Origin: Caldisericota bacterium
Lineage (GTDB): Bacteria > Caldisericota > Caldisericia > JAAYUI01
Assembly (NCBI GenBank): GCA_029548865.1
Contig: JAKPMO010000004.1
Coordinates: forward strand, 96,001-160,000
Direction: 5' to 3'
Length of the DNA: 64,000 nt
The position numbers and the translations under genes were made by a program. The notes beneath the pieces are model-generated. The model was not told where the DNA came from, ran no database searches, and saw only the letters and a list, made by a program, of their open reading frames with translations. Positions 1 through 8,957 of the stretch are shown piece after piece (within the stretch, counting starts at the first letter, position 1; each line of letters opens with the position of its first letter).

Positions 1-1392
1 CAGATAAATGCCAAAATGGCAACATCCGCCCCATGCGTTATTTCACCAGGCGGGTTGATAGTCACAAAAGACAAATCAAAGGACGTAAAGCTTACATTTA
101 AGGGCCTTGGTACTGATGCAAATTTCAAAGTGAGATTTGAAGTTCTGAATAAGCTTGATGATTATGTCAAGTTTACTGGTCAGGAGACTGTAAGTGTGCC
201 TTCAAAAAATGAAGCAACATACACTTTCTCAATTGATTATTCTGCGACTGAAATCCCATGGAATGTAGAGTGCGTTATCTGGTTTGAAAGCGACAAGATA
301 AAGTTGCATGTTCCGGTCATTTGCTGGAAAGGCTATGCCACAAGTGAGAAAAGGAATATTACCTCACTCAAAGTTACAGGAAACAACATCAATTATGATG
401 GGAAGGGCGACAAGGTAACCATCGAATTTGGTGTTGCGATGGGCGATAAATTTACATACAAGCCTCTTTTTTACAAAATGCAGAGCGATGAGGAAGCTCC
501 GCAGCCAAGAGAAACGATGATTTCTGGTGTCCAGTTTGATCTTATTGATGGTAATGGTGATACATGGGTGACAATAAAACGCTTTGAGAACACCCAGTAT
601 GGTTACTACAAATTTGACTGGTTTGGTGAAGATGCCGAGGGCATGCATTCAATACCTGATGGTTCTTATGGTCTCAAGATTGTTATTAGCGAAACAGTTC
701 TGGAGCCAGGAAGCGCCAAATTGAAAACCAAGAATTCATCTCAGATTGCAAAAGACACTATAAGAATAAATGGAAGCAAAGTGCAAAGTCCACCAAGGTT
801 CTTTATGGTTGCACAACCACATACGCCCTCTGCCAACCAGAAAGTTCTTGTGGATTGTTATGTGACATTTGCAAAAGATATTTCATCGCTTAATTTCAAT
901 GTAGCCTACAATCCGGATGAGGTTAAAATACTCCAGGTTTGGCCTGGGAGATTCCTCCAATCAGACGGCTCGCCGGTAGAATCCGATGTTTATCTCGATG
1001 ATGTCAATGGTAAAATCAAAGTTATTTCCAAGAGAGCAAATCAAACTGGCATTAGCGGACATGGTATCATTCTGAAGTTCTTGGCCATCTTCCCCAATCC
1101 GTCTGCGCCAACCATTAAATTTGATGATCTTAGTCCATATGATCCAAGAGGAAGGATGATCCCACACATGGGTTTCCCACTGGAACTTGAAGTTACCGAT
1201 GTCGAACCACTACTTGGCGACCTCAATTTCGATGGAATTGTAGATATGGAAGACTACTTTATTTTCGCGCAATCGTATGGTGCAAAGAGGGATGAATTAC
1301 ACTACAACCCTCTTGCTGATTTCAACTCGGATGGTATTATTGACTTCGAAGATTTGAAAGTATTGCTTAATAATCTTGGCAAAAGTGAGTGA
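1..1392 (+). CDS. C-terminal part (5' truncated by the window) of a probable S8 peptidase paralog with FlgD-Ig-like, cohesin and dockerin domains
   Basis: The frame is open to base 1 (QINAKMATSAP...). The sequence is collinear with the post-catalytic half of 4550..7735. It shows a FlgD-Ig-like motif (YKFDWFGEDAEG..IPDGSY), a cohesin (NFNVAYNPDEVKILQVWPGRFL...GISGHG) and a dockerin with two Ca loops (GDLNFDGIVDMED, ADFNSDGIIDFED). The catalytic domain lies outside the window. Confidence 0.75.
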   Translation, partial: QINAKMATSAPCVISPGGLIVTKDKSKDVKLTFKGLGTDANFKVRFEVLNKLDDYVKFTGQETVSVPSKNEATYTFSIDYSATEIPWNVECVIWFESDKIKLHVPVICWKGYATSEKRNITSLKVTGNNINYDGKGDKVTIEFGVAMGDKFTYKPLFYKMQSDEEAPQPRETMISGVQFDLIDGNGDTWVTIKRFENTQYGYYKFDWFGEDAEGMHSIPDGSYGLKIVISETVLEPGSAKLKTKNSSQIAKDTIRINGSKVQSPPRFFMVAQPHTPSANQKVLVDCYVTFAKDISSLNFNVAYNPDEVKILQVWPGRFLQSDGSPVESDVYLDDVNGKIKVISKRANQTGISGHGIILKFLAIFPNPSAPTIKFDDLSPYDPRGRMIPHMGFPLELEVTDVEPLLGDLNFDGIVDMEDYFIFAQSYGAKRDELHYNPLADFNSDGIIDFEDLKVLLNNLGKSE

Positions 1393-1408
1393 AGAAAGGG
1401 CAGTCTAA

Positions 1409-4400
1409 ATGAAAAAAGCGCTTGCATTGATTGTCGCAGTTGCCGTGCTGGCAGGTTTGCCAGTCATCATGGCTCGAAACACCGTCGCTTCCGATGTGAA
1501 AATTACAGTGGAGCAGGTTTATGGTGTAATGCCTGATTCTTACATCGGCTCATTCAACCTTTCAGGCCCGAATACAGTGGAGTCTGACTATATGGTTGGC
1601 TACTATTATCCGATGTGTGCGATGAAGGTAACAAGTGATGGCAATTTGATAGTTGCCGATACCGCCTATGGAAGAGTCCATGTGCTTGGCTCGGATCTCT
1701 CCCACAAGAGTGTTTTTGGATCCCTTGGTTTTGGCGATGGCAAGTTTCAATATCCAGTTGATTGTGCCGAAGATGGGGATGGCAACCTTTATTTTGTAGA
1801 CATGTATAATTGCCAGGTTTCAAAATGGGACAAATATGGCAAATTTATTGGCGCTTTTGGCTCTGAAGGCCAGGAGAATGGGCAGTTTATTGCACCAGGT
1901 GGAATAGCAGTTGATAGTGATGGAAATATTTATGTTTCCGATGGCAACACAGCCAGAATACAAAAGTTTGATTCTTCCTTCAAATTTAAAAACTTAATGA
2001 ATGTTGGAAGTGAGACCGTTGCTCTTGATTCTCCTGGACCGATCAGAATTGGACCAAATGATGAAGTTTTTGTTGCAGAAATGAAAAGTGGGACCATTTA
2101 TCAATTCAAACCATCCGGTGATTTTGTAAAGGCAGTTGTCAAATCAACCGACGAAAAAAATCCCATTTTTAAAAAGCTGGGTGCTTTCGAAGTTGGTTCA
2201 GACGGGACATTCTATCTCCTTGATCGTGCAGATGGTTCAAACGCAATAAAGATTTTTGACAAGGATGGGAAAGAAAAGTCAAGGTTCCAGAGCGTTGCTT
2301 CCAATGAGGAGTATCTTGATGGCATGGCAGTTGGAGCAGACAGTGTTTATGTCCATGTTTATGGTTCAATCAATCCAGGGTCTGGCGTCTCGATTGACAA
2401 CCCGTTTATTGTGCCAAGCTCACAAAGACTCATCAAATTTGACAAATCAGGTTCCAAAAAGGGTGAGGAATCATACAACCCGATGCAAGAGGGCAGGGGT
2501 GGAAACATCACATCATGCGCTGTGACTTCAGATGGGACACTCTATGCCGTTTCAAACATCAATGTTGATCAGGGTGGTAAATACGCTAGTAATATCCTTG
2601 TTTGGGACGCAAAAGGAAACTATCAGAACTCGATTTCAACTGATGATCTTAATCTTTCAAATCAAGCTCTCTTCTCTGACGTAACAGTTGATTCATATGA
2701 TAATGTTTATGTTTCTGTCAATGAAGGTTTTAGGGGCGAGGTTCCAGGTTACATCATAAAGATTGCAACTGGCTCCGAAATGCTTTCAACGGTAACCCCA
2801 AATTCAAGGACCGCTATTTCTTACTCATCCGAGCAAATCGGAAAAGGTGATCTTGGAACTCCAGCAGGTCTGTGTGTTGATCGTATGGACAACCTTTATG
2901 TTGCCGACAGGGCAAGACAGTCAGTGATCATATTTACAAGCAAGGGGAGAAAAAGGGATGAACTTGGTGTCAATACTTCACCCAGCAATGTTTCGGTTGA
3001 CCCATTCCGCAATATGGCCTGTGCAACCGATGGACAGATAGTTGTCATTGACAAAAAAGGCAGAGACATCGCCAGTATGGGTGGTCAGGGAAGAAAACCA
3101 GGACAACTCTATTATCCCCATGGAGTTCTTTTCGCAAATAATGGAGCAGTAATTGTTTCTGATGGCGAAAATGGAAGAATCCAGATTTTTGAACGCAAAG
3201 AGGGTTCTGATTTCACGGCCACATATACTTCTCCTCGTATGTTCTATGTTCCGCAGGGAATGTGCTGGGGCAAGGACCAGAAGGTTTATCTCACAGATAA
3301 CTTCCATAATGTAATTTACAGGCTCAACATCAATGGTTACACACCACCAGGAATTGGCGAAACTGGTCCAGAACCGCCGCTCCCACCACAACCACCGGCC
3401 CCACAAAATATCCCATCAGATGGTGAGATTTACTTCCAGCCATCAGATGTGAAAATTCCATCGGGTGGATCATCAGACATCAATATCAGCATCAGGTATG
3501 CGTCAAATGTCTATGGTGTTGGTATGACACTCAAATATGACCCGCAATATCTCCAGCTTGACAAGTGCGAACAGGGGAATTTCCTTTCCTCTGACGGAAA
3601 CAAAAACCTCTTTATCTACAAAGATGAGCCAAAGGGTACAGTAAAAATTGGTGGCCCGACAAGAACATCAGCGGTTGCTGGAATGAATGGTGAAGGCATA
3701 CTTATAAAGTTCCGTTTCGTTGGTGTCAAGGAGGGCGACACAAAGCTCGAAGTATCAGAGGTATTAGTTAAAGATCCAGATCTTAACAATATTCAAGTTT
3801 CAGTCACAAATGCCAAAGTTAAAGTGTTGCCAAAAGACAGCACGCCACCACCAGTAAATGTCAATATTCCAAAATGTTCTTGGGATGCTTCATTTACCGG
3901 TTCCGGAACCACTGAAAAAGATGCAAAACTTGTACTCAAGACTGTTGATGGAAGCCAGGACATAAAAGTTGGTGCAGATGGAAGCTTCAAGTTTACAGTG
4001 AATTTGAAAAAAGGTGCCAACAACTTCACAATTACAGCAACTGATCCAGCGGGTAATTCAAAAGACTATACCTTTACAATCAATCAGGCAACAAAAAATG
4101 TTGTTGTCATGTGGGTTGGAAAGCTCGTTTACATGGTTAATGGTTCCAATATGAACCTTAATGCTGCTCCGCAGCTTATCGGTGGTTCAACATATGTTCC
4201 AATGCGTGACCTTGGAAATGCTCTCAGCTGTGTTGTTGATTGGGACGCTAAAGAAAAGAAAGCAACATATACATACACAGATCCATGCTCTGGTACACAA
4301 ACAGTCCTTGAAGCCTGGATTGACAAAACCATGGGAAGACTCAATGGTTCGCCACTAGATTTTGGTAAGGCACCAAAGATAATTGGTGGAAGAACGCTCG

Positions 4401-4492
4401 TGCCGTTACGTGCTATCTCGTCTGGACTTGGTGCTGATGTAAAGTATGAGGCTTCAAACAAGCAGATAACAATCACTCATCCGAAGCCCTGA
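1409..4492 (+). CDS. Secreted NHL-repeat beta-propeller protein with Pro-rich linker, cohesin, Ig-like and C-terminal CAO-N (stalk) domains
   Basis: Signal peptide; NHL repeats (FQYPVDCAEDGDGNLYFVD, FIAPGGIAVDSDGNIYVSD, LYYPHGV); PEPPLPPQPPAPQ linker; cohesin (YGVGMTLKYDPQYLQLDKCEQGNFL); CAO-N motifs APQLIGGSTYVPMR and APKIIGGRTLVPLRAIS. Confidence 0.85.
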   Translation: MKKALALIVAVAVLAGLPVIMARNTVASDVKITVEQVYGVMPDSYIGSFNLSGPNTVESDYMVGYYYPMCAMKVTSDGNLIVADTAYGRVHVLGSDLSHKSVFGSLGFGDGKFQYPVDCAEDGDGNLYFVDMYNCQVSKWDKYGKFIGAFGSEGQENGQFIAPGGIAVDSDGNIYVSDGNTARIQKFDSSFKFKNLMNVGSETVALDSPGPIRIGPNDEVFVAEMKSGTIYQFKPSGDFVKAVVKSTDEKNPIFKKLGAFEVGSDGTFYLLDRADGSNAIKIFDKDGKEKSRFQSVASNEEYLDGMAVGADSVYVHVYGSINPGSGVSIDNPFIVPSSQRLIKFDKSGSKKGEESYNPMQEGRGGNITSCAVTSDGTLYAVSNINVDQGGKYASNILVWDAKGNYQNSISTDDLNLSNQALFSDVTVDSYDNVYVSVNEGFRGEVPGYIIKIATGSEMLSTVTPNSRTAISYSSEQIGKGDLGTPAGLCVDRMDNLYVADRARQSVIIFTSKGRKRDELGVNTSPSNVSVDPFRNMACATDGQIVVIDKKGRDIASMGGQGRKPGQLYYPHGVLFANNGAVIVSDGENGRIQIFERKEGSDFTATYTSPRMFYVPQGMCWGKDQKVYLTDNFHNVIYRLNINGYTPPGIGETGPEPPLPPQPPAPQNIPSDGEIYFQPSDVKIPSGGSSDINISIRYASNVYGVGMTLKYDPQYLQLDKCEQGNFLSSDGNKNLFIYKDEPKGTVKIGGPTRTSAVAGMNGEGILIKFRFVGVKEGDTKLEVSEVLVKDPDLNNIQVSVTNAKVKVLPKDSTPPPVNVNIPKCSWDASFTGSGTTEKDAKLVLKTVDGSQDIKVGADGSFKFTVNLKKGANNFTITATDPAGNSKDYTFTINQATKNVVVMWVGKLVYMVNGSNMNLNAAPQLIGGSTYVPMRDLGNALSCVVDWDAKEKKATYTYTDPCSGTQTVLEAWIDKTMGRLNGSPLDFGKAPKIIGGRTLVPLRAISSGLGADVKYEASNKQITITHPKP

Positions 4493-4502
4493 TAAACTTT
4501 TG

Positions 4503-4532
4503 AAAGGGAGGCCTTTTGGCCTCCCTTTTTTT
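4503..4532 (+). terminator. Intrinsic terminator
   Basis: AAAGGGAGGCC-TTTT-GGCCTCCCTTT hairpin with a T tract, about 10 bp after the 4492 stop. Confidence 0.85.
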
Positions 4533-4549
4533 GTAGACATGGAGGGGAT

Positions 4550-7500
4550 ATGAAAATACTCAAAAACATTGTTGTAGGTCTTATCATTTTTTCCATGTTT
4601 CTTTTTTGTGGTCCCTCTTTTGCGGCCCAGGATTATGGGTATGCAAAAATAGATAAAGCTCTAATTGGAAAAACAGGCACCGTTAATGTCATAATAATCA
4701 CTGGTGACAAAACTGTTGTCGATTATGTTGGTAATCTTTCTTACTCCAACAAATTTTTCCAGGGAACAATTGAGTCTTGTATAAACAATTCCGTCGAGAG
4801 CGTTTATCTGCGGTGCAAGTCCATTTCACCTGATCTCACAAAAAGATGGGTTTTTAATACGGTGATTAATGGTTTTTCTTGTGAAGTCGATGCAAGTAAA
4901 TTGATTGATCTTGCCAAACTGCCTTCGGTGAAAAAAATTGTTGATGCAACATTCAGATATGAAATGCAAATCAACAAGCACCTTCCATATCTTGGTGTAA
5001 CAAAACTGAGGCAGATAGGAACACCTGATGGTAAAAAAGCGACAGGCGCTGGCATAAGAGTCGGTGTTATTGACAGTGGAATAAACTATAAGCACCTTGC
5101 TCTTGGTGATGGCTGGGGCAAAAGGGTCAAATTTGGGTATGATTTTGCCGATAAAGATTCTGACCCGCTTGATTTTATGGGGCATGGTTCACACTGTGCT
5201 GGAATAATTGGTGCCAATGGCAAGTATCTTGATACTCCAATAACTGGTGTCGCACCGGAAGCTACTTTTGGTGCATACAAAGTTTTTACTGTCGACGAGG
5301 GTGGAGCAAGACCGGACAATGTGGCCGCGGCGCTTGAGATGGCTGCAAAAGATAAGTGTGCTGTTGCCAATATGTCGCTTGGAAGAGCGTTATATTATGG
5401 TGGTGAGAATGAAGTTGAAGATCAGGCAATAAAAAACGCCACAAAAGCCGGAATGCTTGTTGTAGTTGCAGCAGGTAATGACGGTTATCGCTCGGATAGG
5501 TTGCCATTGCCAATAGGTGTTCCAGCAGTAACAGAGGAGGCACTTTGTGTTGCGGCAACTGATGAGCGTGGCAAATGTCTCATAGAGGTAATGACAAAAA
5601 CTGGTGAAACAAAGAGGATGTTGGCAAACAATCATATATGGGGCCTTCCATCCATAAACCCGGATGATTCCCTTTACGAGGTTGTTGATGGTGGCACTGA
5701 TCCCAACAAAATTCCTGATTGTGCTGGCAAGGTTTTATTGATTCAATATAAAGACAATATCAGAAGCTGGCACAGATTGGAAACTCAAAATTTCATTCGA
5801 AAACTAAAAACACTCAAATGCAAAGCTTTTATTTTCTGGTCCGATGGTTTTGATGGAACACCATTTACCCTCTCCTATTTTGAAAGCTTTGAAGATGCAA
5901 TGACTTTTCAGGTGCCCATCTATACCTTGAACAGAAGGGATGCAAAGATACTTCTGGATGCGGTAAAAGAAGGGCAGAAAATACATTTCAAGAGAATATC
6001 ATACCCTGGAGATTTTTCCTCGACTGGTCCGTACCTTGGACCAAGGGGTCTGAAATTCAAACCAGAAGTTTCTGCGCCTGGAATGTGGATTTTTTCAACG
6101 GTTTATGATGAGAAGAATCCGAAGGATGCTTGGGACTCATATTCTGGAACATCAATGGCGGCACCATTCGTAACTGGCATGTCAGCACTTGTAAAGAGTT
6201 ATCACCCTGATTGGCTACCATGGCAAATAAAAGCCTCACTTATGAATACAGCCAAGTTCCAGATCAATCCACTCAATGGTGACCCCTATCCATTGGTAAT
6301 CCAGGGGTCAGGGCTTGCCAATGTTTATGATGCTTGTACAACGCCAGTAATAACGGACCCTCCAGCATTTACCTTCCATGGTGGTAACTACAAGGATGGA
6401 GTAAAGATAAATCTTATCAATGTTGATTCGAAGAGGGCTACAGTAAAACTCACTTCCAAAGTGACCTTTGTCGGGGATGTTGAAGGTGTTGATATATCAA
6501 TTACTCAATCAGATGAAGTGGTCTCTCCACCGCCACAATCCTCACCAAGGGATGCAACTGCTTCGCTTGATCTCAAAATAAATCTGGACAAGCAAAAAGT
6601 TCCAAAAAATAGAGTTGTTGAGGGCTCAATTGAAATCACCATCGATAGTTCAACCCAGATCCATGTTCCGTTCATGGCTTTGTTTGGCGAGATAGAGATT
6701 TACAACTCTCTTAAATCGTTTTCAAATCTTCTCGTGCAGAATGACAAGATTGATGTTGCCCAGGGTGAAAAACCTGGAACAGTCAAGTTTCATGTTGGAG
6801 TTGGCTCAAAATCGTTCTTCTGGGGCAACCAATATGACAATTTTGCCTATATGACAAGGATATCTGTTCTAGATAAGATCTTGGATAGGTGGAGAGATAT
6901 TTATGAAGGCAATTATCTCATTCCAGGTGATTATGAATTCGAATGGGACGGAAAAGATATTGATGGAGATTTGTTCTTGCCAAATGGGCCAAATGGCATA
7001 GGAAGTTTTATGTACTATGAAGCCATAGTTGGTAGTACGCAAAATAAACTTGTTGAGAGTTCAGTGCCAAGGGATGCTCAAGCTTGGGTGGAGGTGATTG
7101 GTTCAGACAAATTACCGCTTCCTGAGCTGAATCTTAGTGTTAACCCAGAGTTTGGTGCATTGAATAAAACACTCACAGTGAAGATGTCTCTTGCAAGGTC
7201 GAGCCAAAATAAGGTCATAAGGTTCTCTCTGCTCTATGATGCAAAAATGGTAACTTACACTGGCAATTATAGAAGAGGTTCTATGACTGAAGATTCAACA
7301 AGTATGATGATTTCAATCGAGGATAACCAGGACGGTAAAATGACCGTGGAGATCTCGCCATCTTATGCTGGTTTAACATTGGATGGAACAGGCGATCTCA
7401 TGGAGATTGATTTTACTTGCAATAGGGTTGGTGGAACGGAGTTCGATACTTCTTTTGTAGAAATACTTGACAATGAAATTAAAAATATTAGATTCGTAAG

Positions 7501-7735
7501 ACCGTTGCCAGTTGAGGTGCTTATAACCGATCGGTATCTTTTGATCGGTGATTTCAACGTAGACTGGGTGGTAGATGACAAAGATCTTGTTATTTTCGGT
7601 CAGCAGTTTGGTAAGAAAGAGGGAGATCCCGACTACAACAAGCTGTGCGACATTAACAGGGACAAGGTCATCGACGAAAAGGATTTTATCTACTTCTCTA
7701 AACATTTTGGAGAAAGAAGTGAAAAACCAAAATAA
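4550..7735 (+). CDS. Secreted S8 (subtilisin/Vpr-like) serine protease with I9 propeptide, PA-like insert, FlgD-Ig-like, cohesin and dockerin domains
   Basis: Catalytic triad motifs VGVIDSGI, HGSHCAG and SGTSMAAP; oxyanion AAGN; C-terminal cohesin (FSLLYDAKMVTY) and dockerin (GDFNVDWVVDDKD...CDINRDKVIDEKD); GGAGG RBS. Confidence 0.9.
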   Translation: MKILKNIVVGLIIFSMFLFCGPSFAAQDYGYAKIDKALIGKTGTVNVIIITGDKTVVDYVGNLSYSNKFFQGTIESCINNSVESVYLRCKSISPDLTKRWVFNTVINGFSCEVDASKLIDLAKLPSVKKIVDATFRYEMQINKHLPYLGVTKLRQIGTPDGKKATGAGIRVGVIDSGINYKHLALGDGWGKRVKFGYDFADKDSDPLDFMGHGSHCAGIIGANGKYLDTPITGVAPEATFGAYKVFTVDEGGARPDNVAAALEMAAKDKCAVANMSLGRALYYGGENEVEDQAIKNATKAGMLVVVAAGNDGYRSDRLPLPIGVPAVTEEALCVAATDERGKCLIEVMTKTGETKRMLANNHIWGLPSINPDDSLYEVVDGGTDPNKIPDCAGKVLLIQYKDNIRSWHRLETQNFIRKLKTLKCKAFIFWSDGFDGTPFTLSYFESFEDAMTFQVPIYTLNRRDAKILLDAVKEGQKIHFKRISYPGDFSSTGPYLGPRGLKFKPEVSAPGMWIFSTVYDEKNPKDAWDSYSGTSMAAPFVTGMSALVKSYHPDWLPWQIKASLMNTAKFQINPLNGDPYPLVIQGSGLANVYDACTTPVITDPPAFTFHGGNYKDGVKINLINVDSKRATVKLTSKVTFVGDVEGVDISITQSDEVVSPPPQSSPRDATASLDLKINLDKQKVPKNRVVEGSIEITIDSSTQIHVPFMALFGEIEIYNSLKSFSNLLVQNDKIDVAQGEKPGTVKFHVGVGSKSFFWGNQYDNFAYMTRISVLDKILDRWRDIYEGNYLIPGDYEFEWDGKDIDGDLFLPNGPNGIGSFMYYEAIVGSTQNKLVESSVPRDAQAWVEVIGSDKLPLPELNLSVNPEFGALNKTLTVKMSLARSSQNKVIRFSLLYDAKMVTYTGNYRRGSMTEDSTSMMISIEDNQDGKMTVEISPSYAGLTLDGTGDLMEIDFTCNRVGGTEFDTSFVEILDNEIKNIRFVRPLPVEVLITDRYLLIGDFNVDWVVDDKDLVIFGQQFGKKEGDPDYNKLCDINRDKVIDEKDFIYFSKHFGERSEKPK

Positions 7736-8669
7736 TAGGATTATTGCTACAGAAGATGGTCAGAAAAAAAGGGCGGGTAAGAAAACGCCCTTTTTTTCTG
7801 GTCCTATCTGGCATGAAATCGTAAGGTATTCAGAACTTGTTATAGGGGCTGTGATATTTGGCTTTGGTCAGGTAACTTTTCTTGTTCCAGCACAATTGGC
7901 TCCAGGTGGGTTGAATGGTTTTGGCATTATCATCAATAGTGCCACCGGTTTTCCCGTAGGTCTTGCGTATTTTCTCATGAACATCCCGGGGTTTCTATGG
8001 GCGTTCAAACTTCTTGGGCCAAGGTACCTCTTAAGGACCGGCGTTGCCATTGCTGTTTCATCAGCTACCATGGATTTATGTGCCATGTTTATAGTCCCAA
8101 AACTCAATATCTTTCCAAATGGGCCGGACTATGTTTTGGCATCCATATTTGGAGGAGTTCTCCTTGGGATAGGTGTCGGCCTGATTTTCAGAAGCGGAGG
8201 AAGTGCCGGAGGAACCGAGGTCATTTCCCAGCTTTTATACTGGTCGACTGGCTATGAATATGGAAAAGCTGTCCTAGTTCTTGATTCGGTTATTATAGCT
8301 ATTGTGACATTGTATTTTAGAAATATTCAACTGGCCCTTTATTCAATCATCACCCTTTTTATCTATTCAATGGTTTTGAATATGGTTGCGTCTGGGATGA
8401 CGTCAACAAAACTTGTGATAATCATCACCAACGAGTGCGATAAGATAAGAAATGTAATTATGGAGAAACTTGGAAGAGGCGTTACGATATTGGATGCTGA
8501 AGGCGGCTATCGCTTTGATCCCAAGAAAATGGTTATTTGTGCAGTTCCTCAATCTCAGGTAAGCAGGATAAAAGAGTTTGTTAGGGAGGTTGATCAGGAA
8601 TCTTTTATGATGGTGTCTGACCTTTCAGAAGTTGTTGGAAAAGGTTTTGAGAGAAAATTACCCAAGTAA
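7719..8669 (+). CDS. YitT family membrane protein
   Basis: Multiple TM helices, LAPGGLNG and GGSAGGTEV motifs, and a C-terminal LGRGVTIL...AEGGY...EVVGKGF domain. The start is reassigned to GTG 7719 after a GGAG, because the track's 7575 start overlaps the protease gene. Confidence 0.88.
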   Translation: MKNQNNRIIATEDGQKKRAGKKTPFFSGPIWHEIVRYSELVIGAVIFGFGQVTFLVPAQLAPGGLNGFGIIINSATGFPVGLAYFLMNIPGFLWAFKLLGPRYLLRTGVAIAVSSATMDLCAMFIVPKLNIFPNGPDYVLASIFGGVLLGIGVGLIFRSGGSAGGTEVISQLLYWSTGYEYGKAVLVLDSVIIAIVTLYFRNIQLALYSIITLFIYSMVLNMVASGMTSTKLVIIITNECDKIRNVIMEKLGRGVTILDAEGGYRFDPKKMVICAVPQSQVSRIKEFVREVDQESFMMVSDLSEVVGKGFERKLPK

Positions 8670-8913
8670 ATATATCATTTCTAAAATGATTCACAAGAAA
8701 TAATTATCTATACTTATTTTCTTTTGATCATCTAAAATAACCTATTATTTTTGAATTTTTAAGAAACCAACAGGGAGAGGAATAGGAATACCCCCCAAAA
8801 AAATCTACCCATTTTTTTGTTATAAATCTTTGAACTCAAACTATCATATTACTAAATTAAATTATCCTTTAATGCAATCATATATACCAAGATAATAATG
8901 TAAAAATCAATAA

Positions 8914-8941
8914 AAAAGCCCGAGGATATCCTCGGGCTTTT
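8914..8941. terminator. Bidirectional intrinsic terminator (perfect 28-bp palindrome)
   Basis: AAAAGCCCGAGGATATCCTCGGGCTTTT lies between convergent genes, 16 bp past the 8958 stop. Confidence 0.85.
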
Positions 8942-8957
8942 AAAGTAGGTTTTGATC

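Noticed and set aside
1..7735. A true cellulosome or polysaccharide-degradation locus
   Set aside because: No glycoside hydrolase, CBM or multi-cohesin scaffoldin was recognised; the identifiable cargoes are proteases.
8670..8913. AT-rich intergenic region with a 17-codon minus-strand hydrophobic ORF (MGRFFWGVFLFLSLLVS, about 8759-8812) and T7/G6 runs
   Set aside because: It is too short, has no RBS and shows no recognisable RNA structure, so it cannot be supported as a gene, sRNA or phase-variable site.
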